Made by a program: the position numbers and the translations under genes
In this document: positions 36,959 to 50,343 of the stretch, in pieces
How positions within the stretch are numbered: the first letter of the stretch is position 1
How the letters are laid out: each line of letters begins with the position of its first letter
The notes under the pieces: model-generated
What the model saw: the letters and a program-made list of their open reading frames with translations, nothing else
Told to the model about the DNA's origin: nothing
The model's database searches: none
Assembly: GCA_009602725.1 (NCBI GenBank)
Contig: WELB01000016.1
Span: 497,427-561,426 of the forward strand
Length of the DNA: 64,000 nt
Direction of reading: 5' to 3'
Source: Spirogloea muscicola
Lineage: Eukaryota

Positions 36959-37684
36959 GCAAGCATTTCAGGGTCAAGAGACACCCTGTTTCTTCCAACT
37001 ATCCCCCTTCAGTACAAAAGCCGCTTGCCCCTTGCACTGTGTGTCCAGTCTATGGACCCTGGTGCGAGCATCTTGATTGAGTGATATGCTGTCAAGCAAT
37101 GAAGACACTTACAGCACGACAAAGAAGACGCTCTGCCAAGCACACTGGCTGTGGCGGGGCAGTGAAGTAAGATTGAAGAGAATCCGTGAAGAAGACAGGC
37201 GCTAGCAAGATTTATGAGGCAGGGCCGTGAGGAGGCCATTGAGCTATGCTACACCTCGCTTTCAATTTGGGGCTGCCATATCCGGCTGCCCAGTATCCTG
37301 GCAAATGCGTCGTCCTGGTGATGACACACTTGACAGGATAGCATGACTGCTGGCAAAGTTGGAAGAAGTGGCTTCCCTGTCAATTTGGCATTGGCAAAGC
37401 TAGGTGTACTCCAGTCGTAGCTGCTCCACTGGGACACTGGCATGGATTGGCCGGCCCCACCACAAGTACAGGGCAAGTGAGACCTGCTTGTAAGCGAGGA
37501 CCAAAGAGAGAGAAGGCGCATGGTGCATATGACCTGAGAAGGAAAGGCCACGCCGAGCCCCTATACTGTCCATGCAAAAGGCAAAGGAAGTAGCAAGTAT
37601 GGAGCTACGCGAGCGAAGATTCTGGCTGGAAGGGGCCAGAAGGAAGGACGAAGGGCGAACGGACGACTGAGGGGGCTTTGGTAC

Positions 37685-38560
37685 TCAGTATCTCTGACCT
37701 GAGGCTGCTTAGCAGGGGTTACTGAGTGCTTCGTAGCTGCTTAGTTTCTTCTTGTGCGTGTTTTTCTTTTGTGCTTCCCCTGGCCCCTTCTCGTCCTTTG
37801 TTCATTCTTATTTGGGCTGCCCTTTTCCAGCCCCTATCCTCAATGGGCGAGCCCTTATTCTTTGGTACCAAAGCCTTCACCAACAAGATTGAATCTCGGG
37901 CCACACCCTCGCTTAGGAAAAGCGCCTGCAGCCGCCGACACGGACTTGTGCTGCGAGTTGTCGGCGGCAACGCGTATCTGGGGGCCGTGGGGAACAGGGC
38001 GCACGACACGACTGGGGCTTCCCGAAGGCTTGGCTCCGCCAGGGCGCTCCGCTCCAGAAGCCGCCATGGCGGTGCTCGTGTCAAACGCTAGCCAGCCCGC
38101 TGTCGGTCCGGTGGATGCGGTGGAGCTCTCAAGGGGCGGGCTGACGTCGAGGGACCCCACTCCTCCTCAATTCCTTGATCTTCAAGGAAGCAAGCTCATC
38201 CATGGGGGCGAGGGCTATGAAAAGCCAACCCCAACGAAGAAGGACAAGGTCCGAAGGGGCCGCAAAGCGCTGAAACACACAGCTAAGCAAGGACCATGTA
38301 GGATGCACTCAATACCTGGAGTCAGCCGCAAGCCGCAAGAAATAGCACTTTCAGGCCCCTCCGTCATCGTGGCCCCTTCGAACCTTCTGTCACTTCTTTT
38401 CGGGCTGGCTTTTCACAGCCCTTGCCCCCATTGGGAGAGCCAGAAAGGCTAGCCGCCGGAGTGCTCTGGTCTGTGCCCGAACAGTCTGCCGGCTCGGCTC
38501 GGCCTGGAAATAGAAGAAAGTGCTCGCCCATAGAGAAAAAGAGGGGCTGGCAATAACCCA
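37685..38560. mobile_element. Nest of CRE-like retrotransposon fragments
   Basis: SDLRLLSRGY* followed by a 3'-UTR (+, ~37692-37855) is the reverse complement of ~56450-56610. Further hairpin modules lie at ~38205-38260, ~38375-38441 and ~38520-38560. Confidence 0.75.
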
Positions 38561-38854
38561 TCAAGCCTTCTCTTCGCCATATGGAACCTTCGGTCCAAGA
38601 CGGGGGCGCCAGTAGGGGACGAGTGACGATGACGCCGCCAAAGCGGGGGCGTCATCTGACGGCCCGCGCCCAACACCGACGGCGACCGGTACCGGGGCGC
38701 CCCTCCCCCCACGCCCGCACGTGTGGTGCCGATGGAAGCGGCCACGTCGCCCGTGGCGCCCGAGGAGCGCCACGTGGCACGGCGCGGGCGGCGGAACCTG
38801 GTGGATAGTTCGTCCGTCGTGTCAGTTATCGACCGCGGCTCGGCGCAAGCATTT

Positions 38855-38966
38855 GCGGCGACATTGGCGGCGGGCTCTGCGGCGGGCCCTGCGGCGGGGT
38901 TTGCGGCGGGCTGTGCGGCGGGCGTCGCGGCCGGTTCTGCGGCGGGCTCTGCGGCGGGCTTGCGGC
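38855..38966. repeat. 12-bp minisatellite (GCGGCGGGCTCT-like), about 9 copies
   Basis: gcggcgggctct gcggcgggccct gcggcggggttt gcggcgggctgt gcggcgggcgtc gcggccggttct gcggcgggctct. The minus frame reads xPAA repeats. Confidence 0.85.
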
Positions 38967-39346
38967 GTCTCCCCAAGTCAGTGGAGGCCATACCCTCCGC
39001 GTTCCTTCGGGGGGCAGCGCGGAGCAGAGGCCAGCGGCGCGCCGGCGACTGCAGGCGCCCGGGTCTTGGAGCTCCCCCGCCGCCGCCACCGTCGCCGCGG
39101 CATGGCCGCGGCACAGGCCCTCAGCGCCGCCGCGGCTGCCGCCNNNNNNNNNNNNNNNNNNNNNNNNNNNNNNNNNNNNNNNNNNNNNNNNNNNNNNNNN
39201 NNNNNNNNNNNNNNNNNNNNNNNNNNNNNNNNNNNNNNNNNNNNNNNNNNNNNNNNNNNNNNNNNNNNNNNNNNNNNNNNNNNNNNNNNNNNNNNNNNNN
39301 NNNNNNNNNNNNNNNNNNNNNNNNNNNNNNNNNNNNNNCGCCGCCG

Positions 39347-39439
<93 letters not shown>

Positions 39440-39440
<1 letters not shown>

Positions 39441-41765
39441 TGCACGCGGTGTGGGCCGGCGCCCCGCGGCCCGGCGGCCTGCGTGGCGGCTCGCTGCCGC
39501 TGGAGCTCGAGGTCGACGCCGCCGTCCCCCTGCCCGCCATCGTCGGCGCCGTGCACGAGCTCGAGCGGGACCTGCTGGCGCTCCCATACCACACCCACTC
39601 CTGGGACTGGAGGTGAGGCACCGGCAGCGCTGCCGGCCTCGCCCACTGTCCCGACTGCAGAAGCAGGCCAGATCTGGCCCTCGCGTCAGCGTCAGCGTCA
39701 GCGTCAGCGTCATCGCTGTCTTGCATCGGGAATTTACTTCAGCTGCTCACTCATTTCGTGTGGCCGTTGGTGGCAGAGGGCACAACATCAAATACGCTGT
39801 GGCCGGCTACGGCAAGCCCCTCATCATCGTCCATGGCTTCGGTGGGCCCCCTCTGCATGATCAAACGTGACCATGGTGTGCCCTCTGCAGCAGCCTCAGT
39901 CTCGCCATGCAAGGAATCGATGTCATGTTGTGGGCTTCTCTGCCTGCGCTCAGGGAGCAACGCGGGCCACTTCCGCAACTTGATCGCGCATTTGGCTGAC
40001 CGCAACCGTGTCTACGCCATTGACCTCCTGGGCTTCGGCGACTCGGACAAGCCTGCCGGGGCTGAGTATGGCCCTGAGCTGTGGGCAGAGATCATCAACG
40101 GTATGCATCTCAGTGTGTCCATGCTGTGTCCCTCTTGCAGATGTTCAATCGCTTGGAGTCAAAACTTCCTGTGAAACTTGCTTGAGCACGGCATTCACAA
40201 GGGCTTTGGACGTCGCTGATGACGCCGCCTATCTCCGGGACGTGGTTCTGATGACAAACTCCCACTGTGTTCACAGACTTTGCAGTGGAGCTCGAGGAGC
40301 CGGCTGTGCTTATTGGCAACTCCATTGGATCCCTCACTGCGCTAACGGCGGCAGCAAGAGCTTTTGAGAAAAACCAGGTTCCGGCAAGGTGATTGGTGCC
40401 TCACATGCATGCACACATGATCTGACTGTGGATTGTAATAGGCTCAGTCGAACCTGTGAGGCAGTTCTCTTGCACAACAGAGCGAAGGCACTTGGTGCAT
40501 CTCAGGGAGAGCTTGTTAAGCTTTTGGGAAAGCGTGCTCTATGTGGCTTGGCTTCCCGTGTTGCTTTGACAATGGCCATCAGTGTGACATGAAAGACTGA
40601 GATTTGAGGAATTGGCTACCGAGCAGGGGCTTGGTGCTGCTCAATTGCGCTGGGGCCATGAACAGGAAAGGCCTTGAGAACGACGAGGCAATTCTCAAGT
40701 ATCTCCGGCCAATCTTCGTTGCCATCGAGTTTTTATTGAAGAAGCCGAGGATTGCCTCGTTCCTATTTAACAAGTACGCCGCCTGAGCCCTAGCCTCTGT
40801 GTTTCATGAATACAAAGACTTTTGTTTTTGGGTAGATCATCGCGTATTCCCGCCAATTAGCCTAAGGAGACATGCAAGCAAAGGGAATGACGCATAAAGC
40901 ATGCTTGCTTGTTTCCCGACGCTAGTGTGATGGCGTTGCTTAGGTTTCTGGAGATGGGCTCATCAGTGGCCCGGGATTAGTTGTGCAGGTTCCGCAGCAA
41001 AGCCAACGTCAAGAAGATATTGCAGGAGCAGGCATATCGCAACTCTGCGGCAGTCACGGACCATCTGGTGGACATTCTGTACGAGCCCTCGGAGCACCCG
41101 GGAGCGTTGGACGTATTTGTCAAAGTCTTCACAGGACACCCAGGTCAGACCTATGAAATGAATTTTTGCCACATGCACAAACTGATGCGAGGATTCAGAC
41201 TGTCATGTAGCTCAACATGCTATGGTGTTTCTTATTGTGCTACGTTGAGCCCCAATATTCCAGGTCCTCGACCAGAAGTGCTGATGGGGAGCATCGCTGC
41301 GCCAGTATTGGTACTTTGGGGTGAAAAGGATCCCTGGACTCCTCCCTCAGGCTCTGTAAGCGTCTCATATTAACGACACGCTGCTAATTCACAGATTTGT
41401 TGTTGTTGTCGTCAATATTCAGGAGTGTACTGTTCCATAGGTTGCCCAGTCTAGATACTGAATTTGCTGTCTCGGATTTTAGGGAAATCTTGCAACACGC
41501 TCATGGGGCATGGCTATTTATTAACTATAGAATGTCTAATAAGGCTTTTGTTGTCAAGCATTGCCTGTAGTATATACTGATCTAATAGCAGCTCGTGAAC
41601 ACATTCATCTTTGACCAGGTCGCAAGGTACTTCAAGAATCTGGAGGATCAAAGGGAGAACGTCAGAGTGCTCCCGCTGCCGGACGTGGGACATTGCCCAC
41701 ACGATGATCGCCCAGAACTTGCTGCAGACCTCATCCAGAAGTGGCTTGACACACTTGACTCATGA
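39440..41765 (+). CDS. Alpha/beta-fold hydrolase (pheophytinase / chlorophyll-dephytylase-related family), probably plastid; start lies in the gap
   Basis: WDWR/GHNIKY..PLIIVHGFG / RVYAIDLLGFGDSDKP / VLIGNSIGS (nucleophile elbow) / GLVLLNCAG / VLVLWGEKDPWTP (Asp) / VGHCPHDDRPE (His), ending WLDTLDS*. Confidence 0.88.
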
Positions 41766-42893
41766 CCCATAGGGTTGCAAGTTTAAAGGATAGGGTAGTA
41801 GTCAACCATTGTGCATTTGGAGTGCCTTGTGTGATTTTGGCTTGCGCTGTTTTCAGCTGATTATGATTACTTACTTAAATAGGGTCACAGTTAGGTGCAA
41901 GACTTTCTTGACTGCTTGCAGTTTGTGCATATTGTACAAAGCATTCATACGGTGCTGCGGAAGTGTTGTGGCGGCTCACACCAATTCCGCAAAACGGCTC
42001 ACACAAGATGGCTTACACATGCAAGCCGAAGAAGTAGATGACCATCACGCAATCTGGAGATACTCATTACCGTTTCCTCCAACTTGTACATGTGTCATGA
42101 TTTTATTCTGGCTCTGGCCGCTCTGATGTGGATTGACTATCTTAAGGCTAGCTATTTTAAGGCTAACTTCAATCGAAGTTGAGTAGAGGTGGTGTGTCTG
42201 CTGTGCTTGTTATGAGCTTTTCCTTGTACACAATGTACAGGTTTGCATAGCTGAAGAGCCAGGCTCACAGTTCCGATTGCAAGCTTAACCAACTACAAGT
42301 GGCAAGACTATTGGGCCACTGTGGAATGACAAGACTCGTGGATGATATCGTGAATGCAATGTAATGGCAAATGTTGCCTCGTTAATTGGGAATGTTTGTT
42401 TGTTAGGCAGAATAATACATGGCCAGACCCAAGGTCATGCTATCTATAGTCTTGCTTGCCTTCAAAATTATACAGGAACAGCTTCCACAAATGGTATTCA
42501 TAGGTTTAGTATACATATGAGATTAGGTGAGCAATGATTCATTGCTACGAAGTAACTTGAATGAGTGTATTTGACTGGTCACAGGTTGATACCAAGCCTC
42601 AAAAGGAGTTTCTGTTTAAGCTTACAGGAACAAACAATGAAGCTGTGCAGTGCTTGCAATCACTGCCAGTAGCTGAAGCAACACTTCCATTATCACGATA
42701 ATGGAATGAGATGTGCCGGATTGGCAGAGAACTCATGCCCTCGATGGACTGAATTGACAGTACTTAATAGTTGGAGATGCTACACGCTCTTAAATCGTTC
42801 ACTAGACCTTGTAAATTGGGCTAAGTATATGTCTCAGTGGTCAAAGTACTCAACTGAACAACTACAATGAGCGCGGTGTCCAAGAACAGGGAG

Positions 42894-45800
42894 CTACAAA
42901 CTGTCAATCTCAGCCTCATATCGAGACGCAATGACTTCTCTCCGCATCTTCATGGTTGGAGTAAGGGTCCCACTTTCTACCTGAGCATGAGATGCAATCA
43001 CTGTGCACTCAGTCTCGTGTAAAGCCTGTCAATACAATCTCATGACTTGCAGCTTAGACTGCTCTAAGACCGTAATGAAGTCTTGTTACGGACCAGTGAT
43101 CAAGAAGCCTCTGCCAACAGCACACCGTCAAGTCACTCTCACTGAACTTGCAGCTGCTTTGCTATTTGCAAAGAAGAACACACTGCGGTTTGACCACGCC
43201 TAGGCAAACAGAAACAGCACCAACCAAACAATCCATCCCCAATGTGTGCAATTTAGGAGTAGTTTGTCAAACACTGCGAGGGCCAAAGCATGCACAGAGC
43301 CCAGTGATGTGCACCGTGAAGGGCTCCCTCAGCAGCTTGAAGGAGCCAATCCTCTCAAACGGGCTAGTGCACCCTCCGGCGGTTAAGCTGCACCACAAAA
43401 GCACCATTGACAAAGTGTCCAAGGCTATCAAGCTTTCAGGACTTGCTCCGTACAATCAGAGCAGAAGTGTGACCTCTGCACCTTCACTTTTCAAGCAGGA
43501 TAGGCGCAACAAAGGAGCACTGCCGTCATTGGTCTACTCATGTGTGCATCTATCAGCCATGGCTTTGAGGTCCACATCCTTACGTATCATTGATCTCGCG
43601 CTGCACTACCGCGTAGCGCTCCTCCTCTGTTGGCTGGTGAGAGGGGTCACCCTTCATCTTCCTCACAGCGGCCGTCAGCTCCTCATCGTTGGATACGATC
43701 AAGGCCCCCAAGCGACGCTTGTCCTGACGCCATGAGAAATAGGAAAGGCATTTAAGTCAAGCTCAACATAAGCTCACATTCTACATGCACGGCTAGTACA
43801 AACAACCAACCGGCTAGAGGAGCTGCTGCGACACTGCTCTAGATGAGTTTAGACCGACTCTATCAACTTGGAAACCCTGGCCATGACTTGGCCGTGATTA
43901 GGTTCACCTGGCCAACAAGCATAATCTGCTGGACAACCTTGCTCTGCAACACTGCCTCCTCGATCTTCACCGGTTCAACATTCTCACCTGCAGTAATGCC
44001 CATTCAGGTGCAGTGGCATCAGCCTGACTGCTATGACTTGTATTGCTGGGACTGCCTGGACTCAATCCTCAAGCCACATCATTTACATTCAGAAGGAGAT
44101 AGATGCGCCCATTCTGGTCTTCTCTGTGTTCTCCTGAAGCTACAGCTCTTGTTGCCGCAATCTTAGACAAGAAGGGACCGCCTAGTTTCACTTGATCATG
44201 GCCCATGTCAACAGCCTTGCTTCTCCTACTCATTCTGCCGCTCTTCGAAACCCACAACCTGCAGAATCTCACCATTGGCAAGGACGATTGTGTCCTTGGC
44301 TCGTCCGTCCAGTACGAGCAGACCGCCCGCATTCCGACCTGCACCATAAGCCGTGCTTGGACTTATCCAGCCCAAATCCCCCGTTTCAAACCACCCCTCC
44401 TTGTCAATCACTTTTGCTGTGGCTTGGAAATTCTGCAAGCACCCACGGGAATTCTTCGATAATAGAGGTGTATGCTCACGTGCATGGTAAGCACATAATG
44501 GTGTGCAATTTCTTGACAACAGACAGACGTCACAACAAGGGCAGTTTTGTCCAGGATTGACTACAATGTCCATGTTGCAGCTTGCAAAGGGGAAATATAA
44601 CACAGAACAAATAAGACTTAATCATTTGCCAGGCTGCGTGCATCAACATGTTGCAGTATCACCTTATAGTAGCCCTTCATGATTGGCTGGCCCCTGGCCT
44701 GAATTACCCCTTTGATCCCCGCCGGTTGCGTCATTCCAGTGATTGGATCGACAACCTTGATTTCAACCCCACTTATAGGTCCACCCACAGTGCCCAACAC
44801 CTGACGAGCAAGCAACAATATTTCAACTCAACCCCTGAAGCATTGGCCTTTGGTGACATGAACGTTCACTAACTTCCTCCATGATAGGGCTCAACATGTT
44901 TAATGCAGGCCACGACGCTGAGCATCAAGTCATAGCCCCCTCCTCACTATGCACAAAGAAAGGTAGACCTCTCATCATCAGCACGAACAGTAGCATTGCT
45001 GGAAACAGAGCAATCGCGATGACACTCACATTACATCGAGGCGTCCTAACAGTGAGCACTGGTGACGTCTCGGTGAGGCCGTAGCCATTGAGGAGCTTGA
45101 TGCCCACTATCTGACCAAGCAGCAAAGGCAAGATCGTCAATGCAACAACCATTAGCTCTTTATCAGCCAAGCATGCAAGAGATTCACATGCCTGAGCACC
45201 GACTGACAAGAACAATCTGAATGACCTCTAACATTGTAAGACCACCACAGACTGGCCTGCTGCAGGTATCTCACCTCAAAGAACTTGTCGACGTGCGAAG
45301 GCAGACTGCCGCCCCCACTGACTCCCACCTGTGACCAGCCAGCACTTAGGCTTGTCAGACGTAATGAGCACAGCAGCGACACCTCACCTCGACAACACCA
45401 GAGTCACGTAGCTGTAGCCTACCATGCCGCCCTTGCCCACCTGGGAAGCACAAACAACGACATCAAAAGCTATGTGCATGCCTGCCGACCACAGCGGCCG
45501 GCTGTACGCACCTTGTTGATGCCGATGGCAGCAAGGACCTTGCTGTACACCAGCTTCACTGCCAGGAGGTGGAGGGGCAGGAGGGCGGCCATGCGGACCG
45601 CCGCCAGCACCCACTGCGCCGCCGCCTGCGCCCGGTCCACGTTCTGCTTCGTGCTCTCCAGATCGAAGCCCTGCAAAAGCCCCCGAGTGCACAAGCATAA
45701 GGACTGACTGGCATAGCCACAAAGCCATACTCCCGAGCCTTTCAGCTGATTGGCAACCTGCAGGAGCGCCTGCAGCAGCACTCAGCTAATGCTCGTGTGT

Positions 45801-48501
45801 GCAGGACGCTACTCACCGCGAAGACACGCCGGTTGTCCATGTACGCCTGGCTGGCACTCATGAAGAACCTCGCCAGCGCAGCACGCGCCGGCGACGCCTG
45901 AGCGAGCTTCTTCTGCACGCCGCTGGATCAGGCCAGCCCAGACGTTGGGATGATGAGCTGGGCAGCGACTTCGACGACAAGATGAGGGCCGGCACCGGCA
46001 GGCATGCCGTAAAGGTGACCAGCGGGCCACCCTCCTCAGGGGCGCTGCTCAGTTGCAAGATGAGAACTGATACGAGGTAACCGCTCAAAGTACAGGCTGC
46101 ATTGCAGGTTGTGCCAGAACAAGCATGCATGGAAGCGGTGGTGGCGAGCCCCGCTTACCTGTAGAGGATGTCAAACACCAAAGGCACGGCCACGAAAAAG
46201 TCTGGCGACGTCTTCGTAAGGTCCTCCTGTCAGTAACATGCGACATTATGACTGGCATTAGCACGCCGCCCCAGAGGCCAGGGCCCACGGAGGTCACTAG
46301 GGCAGGCATAACAACCAGGGCAGGAACTGCGAGGGGCAGCGCGCGGCCAGCATATGCACCTTGAATTGCTTGACATTGCTGTAGACCTGACGGACGCCGC
46401 GGCTGAGCGTGTAGTACTCGGCAGACCTCTCGTACATGTGCCACGGCGGCAGCAAGCTCAGCACAACGTCGCCAGGGGTCGGCGAGAGGACCGTGTGGTA
46501 ATTGTTCACCTGTGCCAAAGCCCCCCTCATTTAACCATCAGCCAATGCACCGGACTCGACTGCAAAAGCAGTATGTCAGTCAGGACAGCACGGCTGCTAG
46601 GCTAGGCACGACCGTTGCCGGAGCTGTGCAGTACGACGCACAACATGCAGGATAGGATATATCAGTGTCACACTTCTGACGAGCCCACCTGGTGGAGAAG
46701 ATTGGCATGCGTCAGCATGACGGCCTTGGGGTTCCCGGTCGTGCCAGACGTGTACACCAACGTCGCGACATCGTCTGGTCGGAGGCATGCTGCTGCGCTG
46801 TGCTGCCGCCGCGCTGCTGCACGTGCCCCACCGTGCCACTGTCAATTCCGGCTGGCTGTTTTGGACATACACTGGCCCAGGTTCAAAAGGCTCCAGCTGC
46901 ACAAGCCCTCACTTCTCAAACAGCAAATAGTGCTTCATTTCAATTCAACTGCGACCAAGAAAGTATAAACTATGTGTACATTTACAAGTTTGCTACATCT
47001 CCTCTGTATGTTCTCAAATCCACCACAACAGAGAACCATGTTCAAGTACAGGCAGCGGCTTGCACGACAGGTGGAGCAACCAGCAACACAGAATAGAGGG
47101 CAGCATAGCTCGCCAGTAGCACGTGCCAGGTGGCTCACCATGGCCGTCGGCGGCGGCCAGGGCCTGGCGACTGGTTCGCCCGGCGTCCAGGATCTCCTGG
47201 TATGTGTGCACTGGGAATGGCAGCCCGCCGGCACCTGCTGCCGGGGCTGCACCCCACAGGCAGACGGCGAACTTCAGCTCCGCAGCTGCTGGCCCAAGCT
47301 TCGGCGCCAGCTTCTCCAGGAGCTCCGCGTTCTCGACGATGAGCACCGTACTGCGTGCAATGGAGGACGACAACAACTGAAGACTCAGATGTCAATTGAG
47401 AATCTAACAGTGCCGCGGTGGCCAGCAGCAGCAGGCTCTTGCCACACCGGCTGGCACCGTCATGCACGCACCTGTCGGAGTGTGCAGCAATGTGTGCGAG
47501 CTCTTCGGGCGATGCCTTGGCACCCCGCACTGCATCAGCGGCAGCCGCCATCATCACGCCTGCATTCAAGACAGCGATGGTGGACGTGAGACGAGCCTTG
47601 GGGAAGACAGCCAAGCGGTCATGCAACTTCACACCAGGCAGCTGCCAAACCCCTGAGTCTTGACGCCAAGGCCATGACCTGGGCAGGCGAGTAGCGGGGC
47701 CCACCTTGGTCTGCGACCATCCAGCGGTAAGAATTGTCGGAGAAGAGCGCAGCGGTCTGGCCCGGGGCCAGGCCGAACACCGCCAGGCCCTCTGCAAAGT
47801 CCGAGATCGTCGCCTCCAGCTGCAGGCGACACAGGCGGCACTGTGAACCAGGGCCACGACCAATCCACTGCACTGTACGACGTCCTGGCCTGCCTTTGGG
47901 GGACGGGTAACGGGGGCCACACCTGACGGTACGTGATGTCCGCCGGCGGCTCGTGATGGTGGTCAGAAAGCGCCACGCTGTCACCGAACTTGTCGGCCAG
48001 CGTGCGCCACATGTCGGGCAGGACTCGCCACTCCCGCTCGGTGACGCCACTGTTGCCGCTGCCGACGCCGCCGAGGCCGACGCTTCCGTTGGTGCTGCTC
48101 TGCTGCGGCGGCTCCAGCGAGCTCCCCACCAGCACGGCCGTGTTGGGGGCCATCTCCTTGCTCGGAGGCTGCATGCACGCATGTCAGTCCAGCGCCCGCA
48201 GCTGTGAAGCTCATGCAAGAGCTGCCAACGTGCAGAGAGCAGGCGGAATGGCGGCCAGCTGCTGCGCTAGCCAGAAGCCTCGCCTTGACCATGCGAGCTG
48301 CCCCAAAGGCGCCGCTTTGACGATGGCCGGCCCAAAGCGTTGCCTTGCAACAATTGCGCCCTGCTGCTGCCCCTCGCTCACCTCCATGACGCAGTGGACG
48401 GTGCACCGCCGGCTGCCAGCGCCGGCGCCCCTGCCGCCGGCGCAGCGCCGGCGGCGCCCCNTGAGGCCGTGGCACGCCGCCATGGCCGCCGTCGAGCTCA
48501 T
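42894..48501 (-). CDS. Plastid acyl-activating enzyme (AAE15/AAE16-like long-chain acyl-ACP/CoA synthetase), multi-exon
   Basis: [125 protein letters not shown]. Confidence 0.9.
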
Positions 48502-49024
48502 TCCGCCGCTCTGACTTGAGCTGCCGCCTCAATGCCGCGTCGTCATCAACCTGGCAGCCAGCACTGAGCAGCAGCCGCTACTGACGCCGTCGCAACGGCC
48601 GGCGTGGTCCGTCACAGGAGCTTCAAAGCCTCAGCCTAAGCCCCGCGGCGAGGACTCCAGCTGACGGCCTCCGCGCCCTCCTGACGAGATCCTGGCAGCC
48701 TCCTAGTGCTGCCACAGCCAGCGAGCCGCAAACAAGGTCCCAATTGTGGCACAAGGTCCCAATCGTGGCACTGCCGCGAGAAGGCGCGGCCTTGGCAGCC
48801 TCGGCGGCGGGCAGCTCCGCGCCGGCAGGGCCCTTAGGCGGCGCCGCCGCGGCCGCTCCTGCCCGTTGCCAACTTCCTCGAGCGCAGGTCTCGCAAGGGC
48901 AGCTCGACCGCCTCTTCCTGCGCCCGCAGCCCGTCCTGCGCCGAGACTCCTGGCTTCGGGGAGGCGCCGGCAGCCGCTCCGCGCTTCGCGGCGGCGGCGG
49001 CGGCGGCCGCGGCGGCAATGGAAT

Positions 49025-49055
<31 letters not shown>

Positions 49056-50343
49056 CGGTCGCGGGAGGAGCGCCGTGGGCAAACCCAATTGTCCTCTGCG
49101 GGCAGCGCCAAACCGTCCCGCACACGGTGTCACAGCCGCGGCGAGACACCCCACAGCTTTTCGCACGTCAGAGCGGCCCAGCTCAGACGGTCCACCCCGT
49201 CGTCCCGTCGGCCCCCCGCGCCGCGACCCGCAGAGGATGCCTCGGTGCGGATGTGCACGCACCCTCCCAGACCCGCGGGTTGGGGGCGTGGTCCCCCCCT
49301 GCGAAGAGACACGTGGCGTGCAGATACGCATCCACGCGACGGCACGTGCTGCTATGCTCCGGGCGCCCATTGGTGTTTGACGGATAGGGTGGGGCCCGCC
49401 CCCGGCCGGCCCTAGCCGCTTTCGCCGCCGTGTGGGAAAGGGTTCCACCTGCGAGCCGGGGCCCGTTCCCACTGCGCCCGATTGTCCACTCCGCCGAGAG
49501 GCATGGACTGCCCATGGCGGATCTGCCGCAGCATCCTGCCGCTGGCTCCGTAAGAGAGACACTCTTTCAGTAGGGGGCGCTGCTATGAATGGCCAGCCCA
49601 GACAAAAAGGATGAACAAACTTCGAAAGGCCCAGGAAGGCGCTAAGGCACAGCGATTCAAGTGGCCATTGGGTGTTCGTTCCCTGCTCCATTATTTCAAT
49701 GCACGCAGGCTTCTCCCTGCTCAATGTCGGGCATCTATTGCTCCGTGAATCCACGGACCTGTGATCAAGCAACCCGAGCACCCTGAATGTCGGTGTGAGT
49801 GAGCGCAGTGGAGTAGCGACAATGGTTGGAGCTGGCAAGAACGTTGCAGCAAGGGGCTGCGTTGAATTACCCATCGAAAGAAGCTACCTGTGGCAGCATA
49901 GTCATGTGGTCACGCCGGAGGCGCCAGCCCCCTGGCACAGTAGCTGTCAGCTCCAGACAAAGTCAGAGCAGCTGTTGTTGACAAAAAAGTTCTGAAGTCA
50001 TGTAAGTTACATTCCCCAACACTTTTGCCAACATTCTTTCTTAAGTGACACTCTGGAGGGTCTGCGCTCAGAAGCGGAAAATGGCTCGCGCTTGGTTAGC
50101 AACAGGAACTGCACACAGCGTCCTGCGCAGTTTCCGCGCGCCATATGCCTGCGTGCAAATCTCAAGCCTACCACTTTCAACCATACCTCATTGAGCACAC
50201 CTTGATAGCCACCACGCGCCTTTGATTTCCAATCAGAATTGTGTGTCCTCACAACAACAAGCACGCAAGAAGTGGCAGCCTCCTGGTGGTCTTTCAAGGC
50301 ACCTCCCCCAATCATAAATGTAACTTGTCTACATCTTCCTGTT

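Noticed and set aside
48732..48770. Short ~19-bp tandem duplications (also ~51866-51903)
   Set aside because: Two-copy local duplications with no evidence of function.
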